A stretch of 64,000 nt of DNA from Octopus bimaculoides (lineage: Eukaryota): positions 82,340,801-82,404,800 of the forward strand of contig NC_068988.1 of assembly GCF_001194135.2 (NCBI RefSeq), written 5' to 3'. The translations under genes and the position numbers were made by a program. The notes beneath the pieces are model-generated. The model was not told the origin of the DNA. It saw nothing but the letters and a program-made list of their open reading frames with translations, and did no database searches. Below are positions 60,045 to 64,000 of this stretch, in pieces (the stretch's first letter is position 1; each line of letters opens with the position of its first letter).

Positions 60045-63000
60045 CAGGGGCGTGCATTCTCAGGCATGCAAAGTATGCGCTGCATGCTCTGTGATTTTTT
60101 TATTCCTATCATCGGAAAATTAGATAAAAGATTTATTATTTTTCAAAGAAACTCCGTCCAGGTGTTTTCGAAATATTCTGCCGCCCCTTCCCCTCTCTCA
60201 ATGACACGTACGTCTGATTTAAGAAGACCACAGGACACCCTCTCTCTCTGTCTCTTTGTTAATGTAGAATCGTTGCTAACCTCGTTCCACTTTCTGACCC
60301 GAACAGGTGCAATCCCATAATTCCTGTGTCAGTCAGTTGAAATGGTGGAATAACCTGGCGGTAAGTTTGAATTTTATTTTATCCAAAGCATTTGTTTGCA
60401 CTGTTATATTTTTGGAGTGTTCTGAAAAAGAAATATTATTTATGTTATATTTCTTATTTCAGAAATAGCTAATTAATCTTAAATTAATTTGACTAACGTT
60501 ATTTTTTCCGTTTTGTTGAAATGACTTATACGTGTGTTCTTATATAAAAATAGCCTTTTTCGAAATGAGTGTTATAAACGATATTTTGAGAAATAGTTTT
60601 TCGAAAAGAGACTTCTAGTTACAGGTAATACATTTCGTTTTTTTTTTTTTAGTTCGGTGGGGATTTATTGTTGTGTTATTTTTAATAGATACCTGCTGAA
60701 CTCTAAACATTTTTGTCTGCCTGAGGTGAGTCTAGTTGACAACGATTGATCGTTGTTATTTTTTTAGGCCTCCAGGATTTATCGCTTCGGGGTCATTTTG
60801 AATCTGAAGGCTCTAATAATCGTGGAAATTATAAAGAACTCATATATTAAATCAGTAAATATGACAAAAAATGGAAAGTCATCTAGATACATCTTCTATC
60901 TTCACCGGTCTGTCAAACAGAATTCAAAATGACTTGATCGATGCAATTCATAAAGTTATGTTGAATGAGATGCAAAAGGAAATTGAGCAAGCTAAGCTTG
61001 TTTCTATTCTTGTTGATGAGACATCTGATGTCTCAGCATATTCACAACCGTCAACAGTTTTACGTTCTGTTACAGAAGACTGTGTGACGAAAGAACGATT
61101 TATCAGTTTTAGTGATGTTAGTGCAGATCGATCTGCAAATGCTTTATCTGGACATGTTTTTAAATGCATTGAGACGTGGCAGTGTGGAAAGGAATTGATT
61201 GCACAGAAATGTGATAGTGCCGCTACAATGGCAGGACAATTAAACGGGTTACAGGCAAAAGTAATAAAGAAATATGAATGTGCGATCTTTATTCATTGTT
61301 GTGCCCATATCCTAAATTTAGTTCTTTCACAATCATGCTCTGCTATGAAAGAATGCAAGATATTTTTTCTACAATAAACGGACTGGATACATTTTTTACG
61401 AAATCACCGAAAAGGGCTAATGCATTCGATAACATTGTTAAAAAAAAGATTTCCGAAAGCAACAGCAACTAGATAGAATTACTCCTCACGTCATATTATT
61501 ACCACAAAGGAAAATTATAATTTCATAATCAGCCTTTTTGAACACATCATTGAAAATCTGGAAGCATGGGATGATACCACCATAAATTCAGCAATTGGAT
61601 TCTTACACACTTTAAAAGCTCCTGATTTCTTATTTTTTGTTAGAAGTATTCAGTGATATTTTTTTCTTTTACTGACGTCTTATTTAACATCCTCCAGAGT
61701 AAAAGTCAATGACATACTGTATTGTAAAGAGCAAATAGATAAAACTAGAACTGTACTCGAAAACAAACTTGATAATTTTTCAATCTTTTATGATATGGAA
61801 GGGAAAAATATGGAGAAGATGCAGGAATCGGAATTCAGAGATCCAAGAATATATCTATTGAGCCCCAACGACATTATAGAATGCTTTATAACAAAATTAT
61901 CAGTACAATAGTTGACCAAATAAAAGCACGATATTCATCCTTAGAAGAGTTTAAATTCATGGAACTTTTGAATTTCAACAAAGTTGAGTATTGCAAACAA
62001 TTTCCTGTTGACTCTTTAGATTCTTTAAAAAATCACTTATGGCAGATTTTTTTATGTAATTCGATTACAAAGTGAGCTCAATGTGACGTATTCAATGAAA
62101 GATTTTAAAAAGCGAAGTTAAGTCATTTAATGAGTTACATTTACACCAGTGACCTTGTTGAAGCTATGCCAGAACCCTTCAATCTGTGCNNNNNNNNNNN
62201 NNNNNNNNNNNNNNNNNNNNNNNNNNNNNNNNNNNNNNNNNNNNNNNNNNNNNNNNNNNNNNNNNNNNNNNNNNNNNNNNNNNNNNNNNNNNNNNNNNNN
62301 NNNNNNNNNNNNNNNNNNNNNNNNNNNNNNNNNNNNNNNNNNNNNNNNNNNNNNNNNNNNNNNNNNNNNNNNNNNNNNNNNNNNNNNNNNNNNNNNNNNN
62401 NNNNNNNNNNNNNNNNNNNNNNNNNNNNNNNNNNNNNNNNNNNNNNNNNNNNNNNNNNNNNNNNNNNNNNNNNNNNNNNNNNNNNNNNNNNNNNNNNNNN
62501 NNNNNNNNNNNNNNNNNNNNNNNNNNNNNNNNNNNNNNNNNNNNNNNNNNNNNNNNNNNNNNNNNNNNNNNNNNNNNNNNNNNNNNNNNNNNNNNNNNNN
62601 NNNNNNNNNNNNNNNNNNNNNNNNNNNNNNNNNNNNNNNNNACAATGTTGAATTTTCGCTGTCTTTCATTGTGTGTGTATTCATGTATATGCGTGTATTT
62701 TCAATGTGTGTGCGTGAGACTTAGTCTTTTAATATACGGAGTTCAGTAAGTCTCAGAACAGTCTGCTTGAGTATCAATAATTTTCCCGGAATTGACAAGT
62801 AGCATGATAAAGCACCTGACCTGTCTTCGAGAGCGTAACTATCTAAAACCATAGCCATATAATGTAACTAAATGTGTTCTCTTTATTAAATCAGTTCAAA
62901 TTGATTCAACTGAACCAATAGATGTAGGGGCCAATGCAGAATCGCACCCTTTGAAAAACGAAATTTTATGAAATTTTTTTTTCGGATTCCTACCTTTAAC

Positions 63001-63336
63001 AGAGATTCCGAATATGCAAAAAATTAACAGAATCCAATTTCATCTTTATCCCGTTTCACTTATGATTTTTAGACATTTTTAAGGGAGAGTGAGGATGGGA
63101 AAGTACTGACGTTTCGAACAGAGAGAAAAATACAAACAATACACTTATTTCAGGTTCATTTCTACGGAGCCATTTTTTATTCCCTGCTTATTCTAGGTCA
63201 TACGGGGATGATTGCATATTCAGAATCTCCCGTATGTAAATTGTAGGAATACGAAAATTGTTTTACTGAAAAATTGCCAGGGTGGGGGGGAGAAATTCAT
63301 TGCATGCTCAACCCCGGAAGTCACCGCACGCCACTG
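60045..63336 (+). mobile_element. Full-length hAT DNA transposon (Tip100/Zaphod-like termini)
   Basis: TIRs CAGGGGCGTGC / GCACGCCACTG (10/11); perfect 8-bp TSD ATATATAC at 60037-60044 and 63337-63344. Confidence 0.92.
60565..62189 (+). pseudogene. hAT transposase (ZMYM1-like / DUF4371-type), frameshifted; runs into the gap
   Basis: RGHFESEGSNNRGNYKEL, SNRIQNDLI, SILVDETSD, AQKCDSAATMAG, HCCAHILNL, FTKSPKR. Confidence 0.85.
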
Positions 63337-63953
63337 ATATATACATATATATACATGCATCTATATATATATATATACATATACATATATACATATATAT
63401 ATACATATGTATATACATATATATAGACATATATATACATACATATACATATACATATATAGACATATATATATACATATATATATAAAAGATATATATA
63501 TATATAGACAATTATGCAGATAAACAAATTAGATACATTGTGGAGACTTTCAGATGATGAATTTTTTAATGTAAAACAATGAGAAAAATCTCTGTCAAAA
63601 TGGAGAAAGTGTGAATTAATTGGATGAGCTATTCCAGAATTCCACCAAAAATTAAATAATAGAGGGTGTTGTTATAATGTGTGAATTCAGATGAATTCTA
63701 ACTTATATACACCAACCCAAACATGTTTAAATTTTTGTTAAATAATTGATTTCAGAAAAGTACACAGAAAATTTAAGGATTAGTAAAATATTTGTGTCTA
63801 ACTAGCTTAGATGATTATGTGCCTAAGATGTTTGCTTTCCAAATCTATGGTCTTGTATTCTTCCCCATTACATGGTAATTTCAGCAAGTGACTTCTACTT
63901 CTGAGGAAAGTCTTCTTAGGGCATTTGGTAGGTGGAAGCTTAAGGGAGCCCAT

Positions 63954-64000
<47 letters not shown>

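Noticed and set aside
392-63527. Many ORFs rich in I/N/Y, H/T, C/V or X in the ORF track
   Set aside because: Translations of microsatellites or N-gaps; no coding evidence.

Overview
AT-rich, microsatellite-saturated eukaryotic (animal) genomic DNA from a gapped draft assembly. The repeat landscape (tRNA-derived SINEs with (ATT)n tails, RTE LINEs with (ATG)n tails, Penelope-like elements, very dense CA/TA/ATT/CATA tracts) strongly resembles a coleoid cephalopod, probably Octopus; this is an inference. No host protein-coding gene could be supported, so the window is intronic or intergenic. Most of the ORF track is microsatellite, N-gap or decayed transposon sequence. Recognisable content: five RTE LINE copies, four R4/Dong-like restriction-like-endonuclease (RLE) retrotransposon fragments (three nested in (AAT)n tracts), three Penelope-like elements of two clades with hammerhead-ribozyme-like relics, three DD37D maT and two mariner relics, a full-length hAT with a perfect 8-bp TSD, MITEs and many SINEs. 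Most interesting observations: (1) a 2166-bp fold-back unit (28758-30923) with 348-bp inverted arms that are themselves decayed Chapaev-like transposase sequence, flanked by a 9-bp TSD-like repeat; (2) a pri-miRNA-shaped hairpin at 7651-7728; (3) a cluster of (AAT)n-embedded Dong-like 3' ends plus a possible non-coding partner family; (4) several small microsatellite-embedded inverted-repeat or hammerhead modules probably derived from Penelope pseudo-LTRs. All alignments and translations were done by eye; boundaries of decayed elements are approximate.
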